DNA from: a virus
Length of the DNA stretch: 64,000 nucleotides
Direction: 5' to 3' (one strand)
Virus record (IMG/VR): IMGVR_UViG_3300020172_005639
Coordinates: 1 to 64,000 of that record
Shown: positions 9,930 to 18,566 of the stretch, piece by piece
How the letters are laid out: the number at the start of each line of letters is the position of its first letter
Position numbering within the stretch: the first letter of the stretch is position 1
Notes under the pieces: generated by a model
Seen by the model: the letters and a program-made list of their open reading frames with translations, nothing else
Database searches by the model: none
Told to the model about the DNA's origin: nothing
Made by a program: the position numbers and the translations under genes

Positions 9930-10386
9930 ATCACTGGGCTAATGCGCTGCCTGGGAAGTGCCATTCGTAAAAACCTGACGGGGCCCCTGCCGGGGTAAGT
10001 CTTAGTAGCCTTTTTAGGCGAACACCGCTACGAGAGGTGTTGATCCCGCAGCCAGCTAGGTAAGCTCGGAGTGGCAACAAAATGGCTGATTCGCGTAAGC
10101 AGACAAGTACGCGAGCCACTCTGATTTAGGACGCTGGACAAGAAAGCGCTTTGGTAATCGCTTCTTCCTAAGGTTCTCTCTCTGTCTGAAAGGTCTGCAA
10201 CGGGGACGATAGGTTTAAACATCGAAACCTCCGTTGAAAGATTATTCCAGACTGGATCCTCAAAAGGGGATCCAAATGAGTGAGGGTTCCTTGAAGTCAG
10301 CCCCTCGGTTTGGAAATTGATTTTAAAGTTAAAATCTCGAACAATCTGCTATTTGTCCGTCGGCAAGCCGAGGGTAGAAATTCCTC
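9930..10386. ncRNA. candidate large structured non-coding RNA (or structured origin) upstream of the PolA-like gene
   Basis: Longest gap without a credible ORF (9731-10386), with a dense run of inverted repeats: 9984-9995, 10008-10019, 10021-10041, 10083-10118, 10127-10170, 10184-10252, 10253-10274, 10319-10336. Boundaries and strand uncertain. Confidence 0.45.
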
Positions 10387-11700
10387 ATGCAAAACGATCT
10401 CCCCGAACTCCTGTCGAAGCATGCCCACGACATAGTGTTCGTTCGCACTTTTCCCTCCGTTCTTGATTTCACCGACAAGCGGCTCGATTGCTGGATTGAG
10501 TTCTTCTGCAAGGACGGCGAAACCTTCTCGGTAGCGCTTTCGGGAGATAACCTTCCGCTCATCATGAGCCTGCTCAAGATCACCGTCCTCTCTGAAGGCC
10601 GCAAGCTCATGTGTTGGGACTTCAAGCAACTTTGTTCCTTCGTGCTGGCCAAGACGGGAGTGCCGCTTTCCGTGTCGTGCAGTCTCATAGACCTCAAGCT
10701 GCTGGAGTCCTATAACGGTGTGCGCGCCGAGCCTCCACAGTCCTTCAGCGAGGCGATGGCTAGGCTGCGCAGGCTTGTCCAGGAGGGGGGCTACAAGCTA
10801 GGAGAGAAGATCTACAGGAACGTGCTTCTTCCACTAACCACCACGGTCATCCCGAGGCTTGAGACGGTAGGAATTCTCGACAAGGCTCGGGACTCTAAGG
10901 TTTACGCCAACTACGAGATCGATGGCCAGGAGAACGGCCGCCTCCGCTGCTCCGACGCGTTCCTCCTTGGCTATGTCCCCCATGCCATGAAGCCAGACTT
11001 TAGGGCGAACCTCAGGCCAATCGCCTACGATGAGATTTTCCTCTCCTTCGACTTCCGTGGGATGGAGGTGTACACCCTTGCCCATGTCAGCGGAGACTCC
11101 AAACTTAAGAACCTTTGCATGAGCCCGGACATTTACTCCGCAATATACGAGGCCGTGGTAGGGGAGCAGTACGTGGAGGGATCGCGCGAGCTTGCGAAAA
11201 AAATGTTCTTGCCGGTTATATATGGACAGGGGCCCTCCTCGCTGGCACGCTCGTGTCAGATTGACCACGGCAAAGCAGAACAAATCGTGCGCAGAATACG
11301 GTCGGAGTTCGCCGAGGCGAACGAATTCGTCTTGTCGCATGAAAGGCAGCTCGAAGGCTCGGGCTGCGTTCGCGATGTCTTCGGCAAGACGAGGCGGAAC
11401 TTCCCCGAGGGCAAGAGCTACCTTGCCCGCAACTTCGCCGTGCAGTCACCAGCCTCTGCAATATGCCTTGAGAAGCTTATAAACCTATATTTCGCTATAA
11501 ACGATAAGGCGCATATCGCTTATACTGTTCATGACGGCTACGTCCTCTACGTCGACAAAGGCGTCTGGCGTGAGGTCTTGGCGAGGGCACACGGGGTTCT
11601 TACCTCCGAGTGCGACCTGTGGCCGGGACTCAAGCTCAAGGTGAGCTGCAAGGCAGGCTCCAACCTAAATGAGCTCAAGCCCGTGAGGCCAGAAAACTGA
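10387..11700 (+). CDS. short family A DNA polymerase-like protein (degenerate exo domain, thumb largely deleted)
   Basis: NGRL, motif A DFRGMEV, motif B RELAKKMFLPVIYG, NFAVQSPAS, motif C VHDG. Confidence 0.85.
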   Translation: MQNDLPELLSKHAHDIVFVRTFPSVLDFTDKRLDCWIEFFCKDGETFSVALSGDNLPLIMSLLKITVLSEGRKLMCWDFKQLCSFVLAKTGVPLSVSCSLIDLKLLESYNGVRAEPPQSFSEAMARLRRLVQEGGYKLGEKIYRNVLLPLTTTVIPRLETVGILDKARDSKVYANYEIDGQENGRLRCSDAFLLGYVPHAMKPDFRANLRPIAYDEIFLSFDFRGMEVYTLAHVSGDSKLKNLCMSPDIYSAIYEAVVGEQYVEGSRELAKKMFLPVIYGQGPSSLARSCQIDHGKAEQIVRRIRSEFAEANEFVLSHERQLEGSGCVRDVFGKTRRNFPEGKSYLARNFAVQSPASAICLEKLINLYFAINDKAHIAYTVHDGYVLYVDKGVWREVLARAHGVLTSECDLWPGLKLKVSCKAGSNLNELKPVRPEN

Positions 11701-11722
11701 AAACATCATCCGGAAGGTCAAA

Positions 11723-12286
11723 ATGCGAGAGATCATCTGCGAGTTTCCCATCACCGACTTGGAGTTCCAGGATTTAGACAAGAAGTTCAGCAAACTGTGC
11801 TGGCATGCCGCCCACGAGCTGAAGCACAAGAACTCAAACAACAACCTCGTTGAGGACGCCGAGGACATCAAGCAGGAGCTCCAGATGTCCATGTTGCGCG
11901 CCGGCTCTTACTACAAGCGCCAGGTCTACATTGAGAAATGTTTCGAGGCCGTCAACCGCCACGCCAAGGACAAATTCGTCGTACAGATAGTCCAGCAACT
12001 CCAGAAGCTTTGGGAGAACCGAACCCGACATGGAGCAAACAGGCAGAAGTACGGTAAGTTCCAAGAGCGGCTGCTGGACAAGCTTGTGAGCTCCATCGTC
12101 CCCAAGCACGAGCGTCCCGACAAGTCCGCACCACTGAACCTGGACGCCAAGTTCGCAACCTACTGCAAGGCCATCGTGTGGAACGGCCAGAAGAGCATGG
12201 GCAAAAAGATCACGCGTGAGAAGGCCATCCGCAGCGGCATGGTCAGCCTCAGCGAGTACGACTACCTCCAGTCGGGCCAAGGCTAA
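11723..12286 (+). CDS. putative divergent sigma factor-like protein (region 2-like)
   Basis: EDAEDIKQELQMSMLRA and KFATYCKAIVWN resemble sigma70 regions 2.2 and 2.3-2.4. Confidence 0.45.
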   Translation: MREIICEFPITDLEFQDLDKKFSKLCWHAAHELKHKNSNNNLVEDAEDIKQELQMSMLRAGSYYKRQVYIEKCFEAVNRHAKDKFVVQIVQQLQKLWENRTRHGANRQKYGKFQERLLDKLVSSIVPKHERPDKSAPLNLDAKFATYCKAIVWNGQKSMGKKITREKAIRSGMVSLSEYDYLQSGQG

Positions 12287-12328
12287 AAAAGCCTTTTACA
12301 GCCTATATATTCCCACAGGGGGATTTAA

Positions 12329-13141
12329 ATGGCCGGATTCAAGACTTGGCTCCTTTCGGAGGAGCAGCGCATCGAGCTCAACCCGAATCACATTTCCAAG
12401 TACATCCAGGACTTGAACTTCAAGGGTCTGGGCGACTACACGTACATGCAGATGCGCAAGAACGCATCCACAGCAGACGAGCAGCAAGTCAGGGCGCAGA
12501 TGGGCGACAAGTGGGAGCCTGCCTATCGCGCCTGGGAGCAGCTGATCGCAAGCGCACCTGACAAAGCAGGCTCTTGGGCAGAGTGGTATCCCGCAGGCAA
12601 AGGCAACCTCCTGAGCCAGCCGGAAACACCCAAACTCTACTTTACCCCGGGCCATGACAAAGACAGCATCATAGGCATGCTGAATGGGTTCAGGGACCTG
12701 TTCATGACCCTGCAGGGGGTCGCGCTCAAGAGCAACCTCAAGATCGGATTCAAGATTCCCACCGACCTCTGGAAGTATGTCGAGGAGAACGACAGGCTCG
12801 TCGTGCACCTCGAGGCTGGTCCCGACAAGCAGGCAACGTCCAACTTCATCAACGAAGTCAAGTCGGCTGTTTCAGGCTGGGCCGCCAAGCACAAGGTAAA
12901 CCTTTCCAAGCGCACCCATGACCTGGGCGTCGACAAGGGACAGGACTCCTATGGCGTAAGGATGGGCAAGAAGTTCGCCGACGAGCTCCAGCAGATGATG
13001 GCCTCCAAGGGGTTGACTAAGCCGGGGGCTGTCCCTCCGCAGATGCTCCCCGAGCTCACCAAGTGGTACATGACGATGTTCGACCAGATTATGGCCGGCG
13101 GCGACAAAGCGAAGGCCAACCTCCACGGACTCTCGGTCTGA
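12329..13141 (+). CDS. hypothetical protein (N-terminal GFKTWLLSEE motif)
   Basis: 270 aa ORF, RBS-like GGGGG, TATATA at 12304-12309. Confidence 0.75.
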   Translation: MAGFKTWLLSEEQRIELNPNHISKYIQDLNFKGLGDYTYMQMRKNASTADEQQVRAQMGDKWEPAYRAWEQLIASAPDKAGSWAEWYPAGKGNLLSQPETPKLYFTPGHDKDSIIGMLNGFRDLFMTLQGVALKSNLKIGFKIPTDLWKYVEENDRLVVHLEAGPDKQATSNFINEVKSAVSGWAAKHKVNLSKRTHDLGVDKGQDSYGVRMGKKFADELQQMMASKGLTKPGAVPPQMLPELTKWYMTMFDQIMAGGDKAKANLHGLSV

Positions 13142-13170
13142 TTTGCGCATAGCCCCCCCGACGGGATAGA

Positions 13171-14724
13171 ATGTCGGGGGAGGCACAGCACATGCGCGAT
13201 CTTACACCGGAAGAGCAGTCACAACTCGAGGCTATGACGCAGGGCGATGTCGTCAAGCCCAAGTATACTTGGGACGATACATTCCAGAAGAAGTTGCTCG
13301 GGATGCTGCTTACTGACAGCTTTATGCTTGTCCAGGCCGCAGACAAGATAAAGCCTGAATACTTCACCCACGAGGCGCATGTCCTTGTTTGCAAGCTACT
13401 CATGGCCTACTTCAATGCCCGCAAGGCGATACCTCCGAGGTTCGTCCTCCAGCAGGAGATGGAGCAGGCCCTGAAAGAGCGCGAGGGCAGCATACGGCTG
13501 GGCCATCTTGCTGAGTTCGGGTCTCTGTACGACTACTACGTTCCTGCGCTGGACACGAGGGACTACCTGCTTGACAAGGTCACCTACTTCGCCAAGGTGC
13601 AGGCGGTGAAGATAGCCTTTCACAACTGCCTCGAGAAAATGCAGGCGGCACCAGAGGACGAAAAGACATGGAGCTTCGTATACGAGTCAATGCGCTCGGC
13701 GATGTCCATAGAGAAGAATTATGAGCCGGGCCTCGAGTACTTTAACAACATCGAGGAGATGTTTAGAAGGATGGAGGAGGTGTTCCTTGGGAAGGACAGG
13801 TTCACCACGGGGTTTCCAAGTATAGACTTTGCCCTCACCGGTGGCGGCCTCTTCCCCGGCCAGATCGGGAGTTGGATAGGCTTGCCCGGCACGGGCAAGT
13901 CGCTCGCTCTGGTGAAGGCCGCAGTCGCAAATGTCATGCTCGGCCACAAGGTTTTGTACCTCACGATGGAGATGGATGAGCTCGGCATATCGCAGCGCTT
14001 CACCAGTCAGTTCGCCAAAAGGAACATCAACGCTCTTCGCGAGAACAAGGACGACATCATCCGTGAGATTGAGGAGTTCAAGAGGGACAAGGCCGATCCC
14101 AACCTTCTCCATATCAAACAGTTCCCCGGCGGTATGCTGGACGTCAATGGGGTAAGGGCTTATGTCTCTCAGCTGGAGCTTCGGGGGTGGAAGCCCAATC
14201 TCATAATCATCGACTATGTCGGCGAGATGAAGGACGACCCCAACGTCAAGAAGTATGAGTCCGCCTACAGGATACTTCGCGACCTTCGTGGTTTCGGGGT
14301 CGAAAAGCAGTACTGCACATTGACCTGCGTTCAGCCGAACTCCAGCGCTGCCAAGCTTGAGATAGGGCAGTTCATAGACGAATCGAATATCGGCACGAGC
14401 TTCGACCAGTTCAAGCCCCTCGACGCCTTCTGGAGCCTCAACCAGCAAGTCCTAGAGAAGGAGGCGGAGGTGGCGCGCGTATTTGTCATCAAGCACAGGA
14501 ATGGCAAGTCGCGATTCGCCTTCAAGATCGGTGTGGATTACAAGCAGGGCACGCTGGATTTATTTGAGATCACCAAGGATAGATACCGTGAAAAGATGAA
14601 TCTGGTGCAGGAGAAGAAGGCCGAGGAGGTATCCATAGACAACGTGGATGCCCCCCAGAAGAAGCAGCGGAGCAAGAAGGGATTCGTTGAGGCCGACGAC
14701 CAGGAAAACAACTACGAGGCTTGA
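13171..14724 (+). CDS. replicative DNA helicase (DnaB / T4 gp41-like)
   Basis: Walker A GLPGTGKS, YLTMEM, IIIDY, KHRNG. Confidence 0.9.
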   Translation: MSGEAQHMRDLTPEEQSQLEAMTQGDVVKPKYTWDDTFQKKLLGMLLTDSFMLVQAADKIKPEYFTHEAHVLVCKLLMAYFNARKAIPPRFVLQQEMEQALKEREGSIRLGHLAEFGSLYDYYVPALDTRDYLLDKVTYFAKVQAVKIAFHNCLEKMQAAPEDEKTWSFVYESMRSAMSIEKNYEPGLEYFNNIEEMFRRMEEVFLGKDRFTTGFPSIDFALTGGGLFPGQIGSWIGLPGTGKSLALVKAAVANVMLGHKVLYLTMEMDELGISQRFTSQFAKRNINALRENKDDIIREIEEFKRDKADPNLLHIKQFPGGMLDVNGVRAYVSQLELRGWKPNLIIIDYVGEMKDDPNVKKYESAYRILRDLRGFGVEKQYCTLTCVQPNSSAAKLEIGQFIDESNIGTSFDQFKPLDAFWSLNQQVLEKEAEVARVFVIKHRNGKSRFAFKIGVDYKQGTLDLFEITKDRYREKMNLVQEKKAEEVSIDNVDAPQKKQRSKKGFVEADDQENNYEA

Positions 14725-14726
14725 AA

Positions 14727-14900
14727 ATGAAGCAGTACAAGATTGTGGAGTGCGTCCTGAACGAGTATGTGGACCACCCTACCGAGTCCGTTTTGGCCGT
14801 GGTAGATGCGGTCGATGAGGCCGCCGCCTCCCAGAAGGCGAGGCTGATGTTTCCCAACAGGGAATGCAAGATCGTGGGGGTGTCGCGTGAGAACGTTTAA
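14727..14900 (+). CDS. small hypothetical protein (57 aa)
   Basis: Manually read ORF MKQYKIVECVLNEY... filling the gap between helicase and next gene. Confidence 0.5.
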   Translation: MKQYKIVECVLNEYVDHPTESVLAVVDAVDEAAASQKARLMFPNRECKIVGVSRENV

Positions 14901-15321
14901 GGAGTTTTGCGAGGCGATGATGCGCATGGGCAGCAAGCCTGCCCTCCAGATCAATATCAGGCCGCCTGGCCTTTATTTCACGTATGTGAAGGAGTACGAA
15001 ACGGGTTCCATGAGCGACATCGACAAGCGCGAGGTTCCCGGTCGATTCGTTGGCTCCATAACCGTGCCTGTGACTCAGCTCGCCGTCAGGTCTGCCCAGG
15101 AGAGAAACATGGACCTGGGCGCCTTCTTTCATGGCATCGCCAAGGGCGATCCATCCTTGGCTCGTTTCTTTGACGAGCCCAAACACCTCGTTTCCCTTGA
15201 CTATGCCGACTTCGACGGCTTGTCGTCGGATGTAGAGGAGATTCCACAATCGCTTTACGATGAGGTTGATGAGAACTTCTGGAAATTTATCGGCAGCAGC
15301 GATTTCAAGGTGATTGAGTAA
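14887..15321 (+). CDS. hypothetical protein (N-terminal MRTFKEFCE motif)
   Basis: 144 aa ORF, operon packing. Confidence 0.65.
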   Translation: MRTFKEFCEAMMRMGSKPALQINIRPPGLYFTYVKEYETGSMSDIDKREVPGRFVGSITVPVTQLAVRSAQERNMDLGAFFHGIAKGDPSLARFFDEPKHLVSLDYADFDGLSSDVEEIPQSLYDEVDENFWKFIGSSDFKVIE

Positions 15322-15342
15322 TCCAAAACAGGAGTTCAAGTC

Positions 15343-15837
15343 GTGGCAAAAGAAGCCCCTTTGGATAAGGTGACAGTAAGGGTAAATAACAAGGATGTTG
15401 TTCTCGACCCTGCAAACATGCGGTACAGCGAGAACAGCTTGCATGAGTACATGGGTGTTGAGTACGGGTGGGTAGACTACCTCGGAAAGCAGCTCGAGCA
15501 CGCCCAGAAGGAGATGCTCGTGGCCGATATCGACGTCGAGGCGCTCTACAGCCTCAAGTTCATGGAGTCCAAAGATCAAGGCAACAGCGACAACTATGCC
15601 AAGGCATTTGCGACCGCCTCTGTCGATGTAGTTGCTGCTCGCAAGAGGGTTGTGGAGCGCAAGGAGGCGGTCGGGCATATCAAGGCTCACCTTCGCGCCT
15701 GGGACAAGAACCATGAGAACGCCCAGAACCGTGGCCACACGCTGCGCCATGAGATGAAGATACTCAACAGGGACATCTACGAGTCACCCGGACTACCCGA
15801 AACCTCCTCGGCAGAGGAATTTCTCAAGAACAATTAA
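15343..15837 (+). CDS. UvsY-like recombination mediator (putative)
   Basis: Helical coiled-coil protein of UvsY size and pattern in a replication cluster; good RBS (AGGAG). Confidence 0.5.
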   Translation: MAKEAPLDKVTVRVNNKDVVLDPANMRYSENSLHEYMGVEYGWVDYLGKQLEHAQKEMLVADIDVEALYSLKFMESKDQGNSDNYAKAFATASVDVVAARKRVVERKEAVGHIKAHLRAWDKNHENAQNRGHTLRHEMKILNRDIYESPGLPETSSAEEFLKNN

Positions 15838-16506
15838 GTGCCTGTAGATCCAACCAAGGTTACCAACTACAACCTCGACGCGCATGGTCTAGAGGAGGTG
15901 ATCCTTTTCTGGGTGTGCGCAGCAGGAAAGAACGGCGTTTCTGCGGCGCGAGCTTTAGACAGGCTGCTTTGCTCAATTGCAAGCGCCTCCCCCTTTGGAA
16001 AGATCAGGGCTCTTGCGCATGCTGGCTGCCTTCCGGAGGCCATGCGCGCCGCAGGCATAGGCTGTTGGCGCAACAAGAGCAGGACTTTCACGGCGCTTGC
16101 GACATCGGGAATAGACCTTCGCAACTGCTCGCTGAAGGAACTGGAGGCGATACCAGGCATCGGCCCGAAGACATCAAGGTGCTTTGTGATGCACAGCCGA
16201 GCCGGTTTCAGGTGCGCAGGGCTTGATGTCCATATGCTCCGTTTCCTCGGGGACTGCGGGTTCGATGCACCGAAGTCCTCACCGTCCAAAACCAAGTACG
16301 CAGAGCTGGAGCGCGCTTTCCTCTTGATATGCGATCTCTTCAGCGTTCAGCCCAGTGACCTTGATTTAACCGTCTGGAATGTTTATTCTTTTCGAGACCA
16401 GAGCGGCGCAAGCGTCGCCAGAATTGATAACATTGCCATACGTATGAGGTCTCTCAATAGTGGTAAGGCAGCAAAAGGGCAAAGTTCGCTGGTGCATGTC
16501 CCGTGA
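15838..16506 (+). CDS. HhH-GPD superfamily DNA glycosylase (Ogg/Nth-like)
   Basis: LEAIPGIGPKTSR HhH followed by LDVHMLR; Y-ELE..F and LDL-VW. Confidence 0.8.
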   Translation: MPVDPTKVTNYNLDAHGLEEVILFWVCAAGKNGVSAARALDRLLCSIASASPFGKIRALAHAGCLPEAMRAAGIGCWRNKSRTFTALATSGIDLRNCSLKELEAIPGIGPKTSRCFVMHSRAGFRCAGLDVHMLRFLGDCGFDAPKSSPSKTKYAELERAFLLICDLFSVQPSDLDLTVWNVYSFRDQSGASVARIDNIAIRMRSLNSGKAAKGQSSLVHVP

Positions 16507-16948
16507 CATCCAGAGGATGGTCGAAATCGAGTCTGACTGCATAGAGAACTCTTGGGAAGCAGAGGACTTCGAGATTTGCCTTCGCTCCAAGAACAGCAAT
16601 GGTATAGTTGTGGAGTACGAGGGCGAGGTCGCAGGCCACCTGATGTTCACCCACTCTCCAGGGCGTTTCGGTTTGGTAAGCGTTGTGGTTCACCCCTCTA
16701 AGAGGCGCATGGGCCTTGGCTCCAAGATGGTGCGACACCTTCTCAAGAAGATGGACAAGGTGGACGGTCCGGCTTTCACAGAGGTGATGGTGAGCGAAAG
16801 GGAGCTAGAGTCGCAGCAGTTCTTCAAGAGTTTCGGGTTTTTGGCGACGGGCATCAAGCACCACCACTTCGGCCCCGATCATGATGGGTACAGGTTTCAA
16901 CTGAAAAAGATCGCAATCGACGAGTACGGGCTGGAGGTTGTTTCTTGA
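16496..16948 (+). CDS. GNAT acetyltransferase (RimI-like)
   Basis: VVVHPSKRRMGLGSKM acetyl-CoA motif; FFKSFGF. Confidence 0.8.
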   Translation: MSRDIQRMVEIESDCIENSWEAEDFEICLRSKNSNGIVVEYEGEVAGHLMFTHSPGRFGLVSVVVHPSKRRMGLGSKMVRHLLKKMDKVDGPAFTEVMVSERELESQQFFKSFGFLATGIKHHHFGPDHDGYRFQLKKIAIDEYGLEVVS

Positions 16949-17418
16949 GCAGGCTCCTTTTTTGGGACAGGTGGTATCTGGGCTTGGCGGAGTACGTATC
17001 TACCGCCTCCAAGGACCCGTCCACTAAGGTTGGTGCCGTTATAGTCGATCCCGACAGGAGGGTTGTGTCGGTGGGCTACAATGGTCTCCCACGAGGCGTT
17101 GAGGACACCGAGGAAAGGCTGCACAACCGTGACATCAAGTACAAGATGGTTGTCCATGCAGAGCGCAACGCGCTGATGTTCTCGAATCTTGCTTCGCTCA
17201 AGGGGTGCGCAATCTACGTCTGGCCTATGATGCCATGCGCTGCGTGCGCAAGCATGATAATCCAGAAGGGAATCACGACTGTCGTCGCTACCCAAAACGA
17301 CAACCCCAGGTGGCAGCATGACTTCGAGCTTTCAAAGCAGTTGTTCACAGAGGCAAGCGTGCTGCTTCGGCTTTACGAGTCAAACGCTCCGAAGGCCACC
17401 TCACCAGTGCCTTCCTGA
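16945..17418 (+). CDS. dCMP deaminase
   Basis: SKDPSTKVGA, GYNG, HAERNA, PCAAC. Confidence 0.92.
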   Translation: MSRLLFWDRWYLGLAEYVSTASKDPSTKVGAVIVDPDRRVVSVGYNGLPRGVEDTEERLHNRDIKYKMVVHAERNALMFSNLASLKGCAIYVWPMMPCAACASMIIQKGITTVVATQNDNPRWQHDFELSKQLFTEASVLLRLYESNAPKATSPVPS

Positions 17419-18376
17419 ACCCCTCAATGATTGATTCCACCGAAAGCTCCGTAAGGCATGGCTTCAGGGCCGCCTTGCTTTTGGGACACGCATCCTTAAC
17501 GAAGCATGGGCCGCAAGCCCAGTCTCCATTGTCCCTGTGCTTCTGAACCAGAACGAAGTCGTAGTACTTGCCGTAAACCTTCCCATCCGTGAAAGTGAAA
17601 ACCCCGATAAGCGGGGCCTTTATACCTCCAGCCAGGTGAAAAGTTCCGGTATCTACTGATATCACATAGTCGGCTGCCGCCGTCAGGTACTTCCAAGAGT
17701 CGCAAGTTACGTTGACAAACTGTTTGACTCCCAGCTCCGTCAAAGCGTCTATGTGCCTGCTGTGCACGGAGAAAACCCAGAACCCCATGCCCCTTAGCCT
17801 GCTCACCAAACCCTTGATCTGCCAGTCCGTCAGGCTCTTGTTCGCCCCGAAGTCATCTAGCGTGGATTGTGGCGCAAGCAAAACGGCTGGCTGGCAGTCG
17901 TAGTTGTCCTCATCGATGGTCGTCTTGGCAGACTTGACAAGCGACCCGTCCAAAGGAAGGTGCATCTCATGGCGCTTGAGGACAAATCCGCAGTGCTCTG
18001 CCCATATGTCGCTGCGATGTTTGCTGTTTGCTCCACCGAACTTCGACTCATGCACCCGGCATGCCGTCGTGATGTCATAGACGGCCCCGTAATCCCTGTC
18101 GATAGCGTCTTTGATCCTGATGGTCTTGCAGAAGGGGTTATTCATTGCGAATTCGATGAATGAGTCGGGGCAGCAGTAGTCCAGCTCCATCCCTTCAAAG
18201 CATTCAGACATGTCCTCAAACATCATCCTCTGCATGAGTATGTCGCCGAAGCCTCCCGCTCTCCTTTTCACGAGCACACGACCTCTCCTTGAATGGTGCT
18301 CTCGTAGCGTGACAGGCCTCAAGTCTTTCTTTTTAACGAAACGGAACATAGATACCTCGTCCTTGGAAACCCTCAT
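17345..18376 (-). CDS. glycosyltransferase family 9 (heptosyltransferase-like)
   Basis: GGFGDILM, ISVDTGTFHLAG, C-terminal CGPC..C; start placed at MRVSKDE. Confidence 0.8.
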   Translation of the reverse strand: MRVSKDEVSMFRFVKKKDLRPVTLREHHSRRGRVLVKRRAGGFGDILMQRMMFEDMSECFEGMELDYCCPDSFIEFAMNNPFCKTIRIKDAIDRDYGAVYDITTACRVHESKFGGANSKHRSDIWAEHCGFVLKRHEMHLPLDGSLVKSAKTTIDEDNYDCQPAVLLAPQSTLDDFGANKSLTDWQIKGLVSRLRGMGFWVFSVHSRHIDALTELGVKQFVNVTCDSWKYLTAAADYVISVDTGTFHLAGGIKAPLIGVFTFTDGKVYGKYYDFVLVQKHRDNGDWACGPCFVKDACPKSKAALKPCLTELSVESIIEGFRKALVRWPSERLTRKAEAARLPL

Positions 18377-18384
18377 CTCACGCT

Positions 18385-18566
18385 GTCGTTGCTGAGCGTT
18401 CAGGCTGTCCGCACGGAGGCCCGATCGCAGGCGGCAGCGGGGTTGAATCCCAGTGCGGGGCTGGTATGCCCGAGGCAACAGCCGGGGATCACCCAAATAG
18501 GCCCGAAAGGCCTTTCCAAGGCAGGCGGGGAAGGCCCGGAGACGGAAGCCTTCCCCGCACCTTTTC
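18385..18566. other. GC-rich structured intergenic element (candidate small RNA or processing element)
   Basis: Several adjacent hairpins, ending in GCGGGGAAGGC...GCCTTCCCCGC (about 18525-18558). Confidence 0.35.

Noticed and set aside
9790-10386. RNase P RNA or group I intron identity for the intergenic structured region
   Set aside because: Only isolated motif-like fragments (e.g. CCGGCTTA, ATCCCGCAGCC), not in the required order; no flanking interrupted gene
14779-15750. Long antisense ORFs (e.g. 14779-15750, 18826-19731, 60050-60949)
   Set aside because: Antisense shadows of well-supported genes in GC-rich coding sequence; no recognisable motifs
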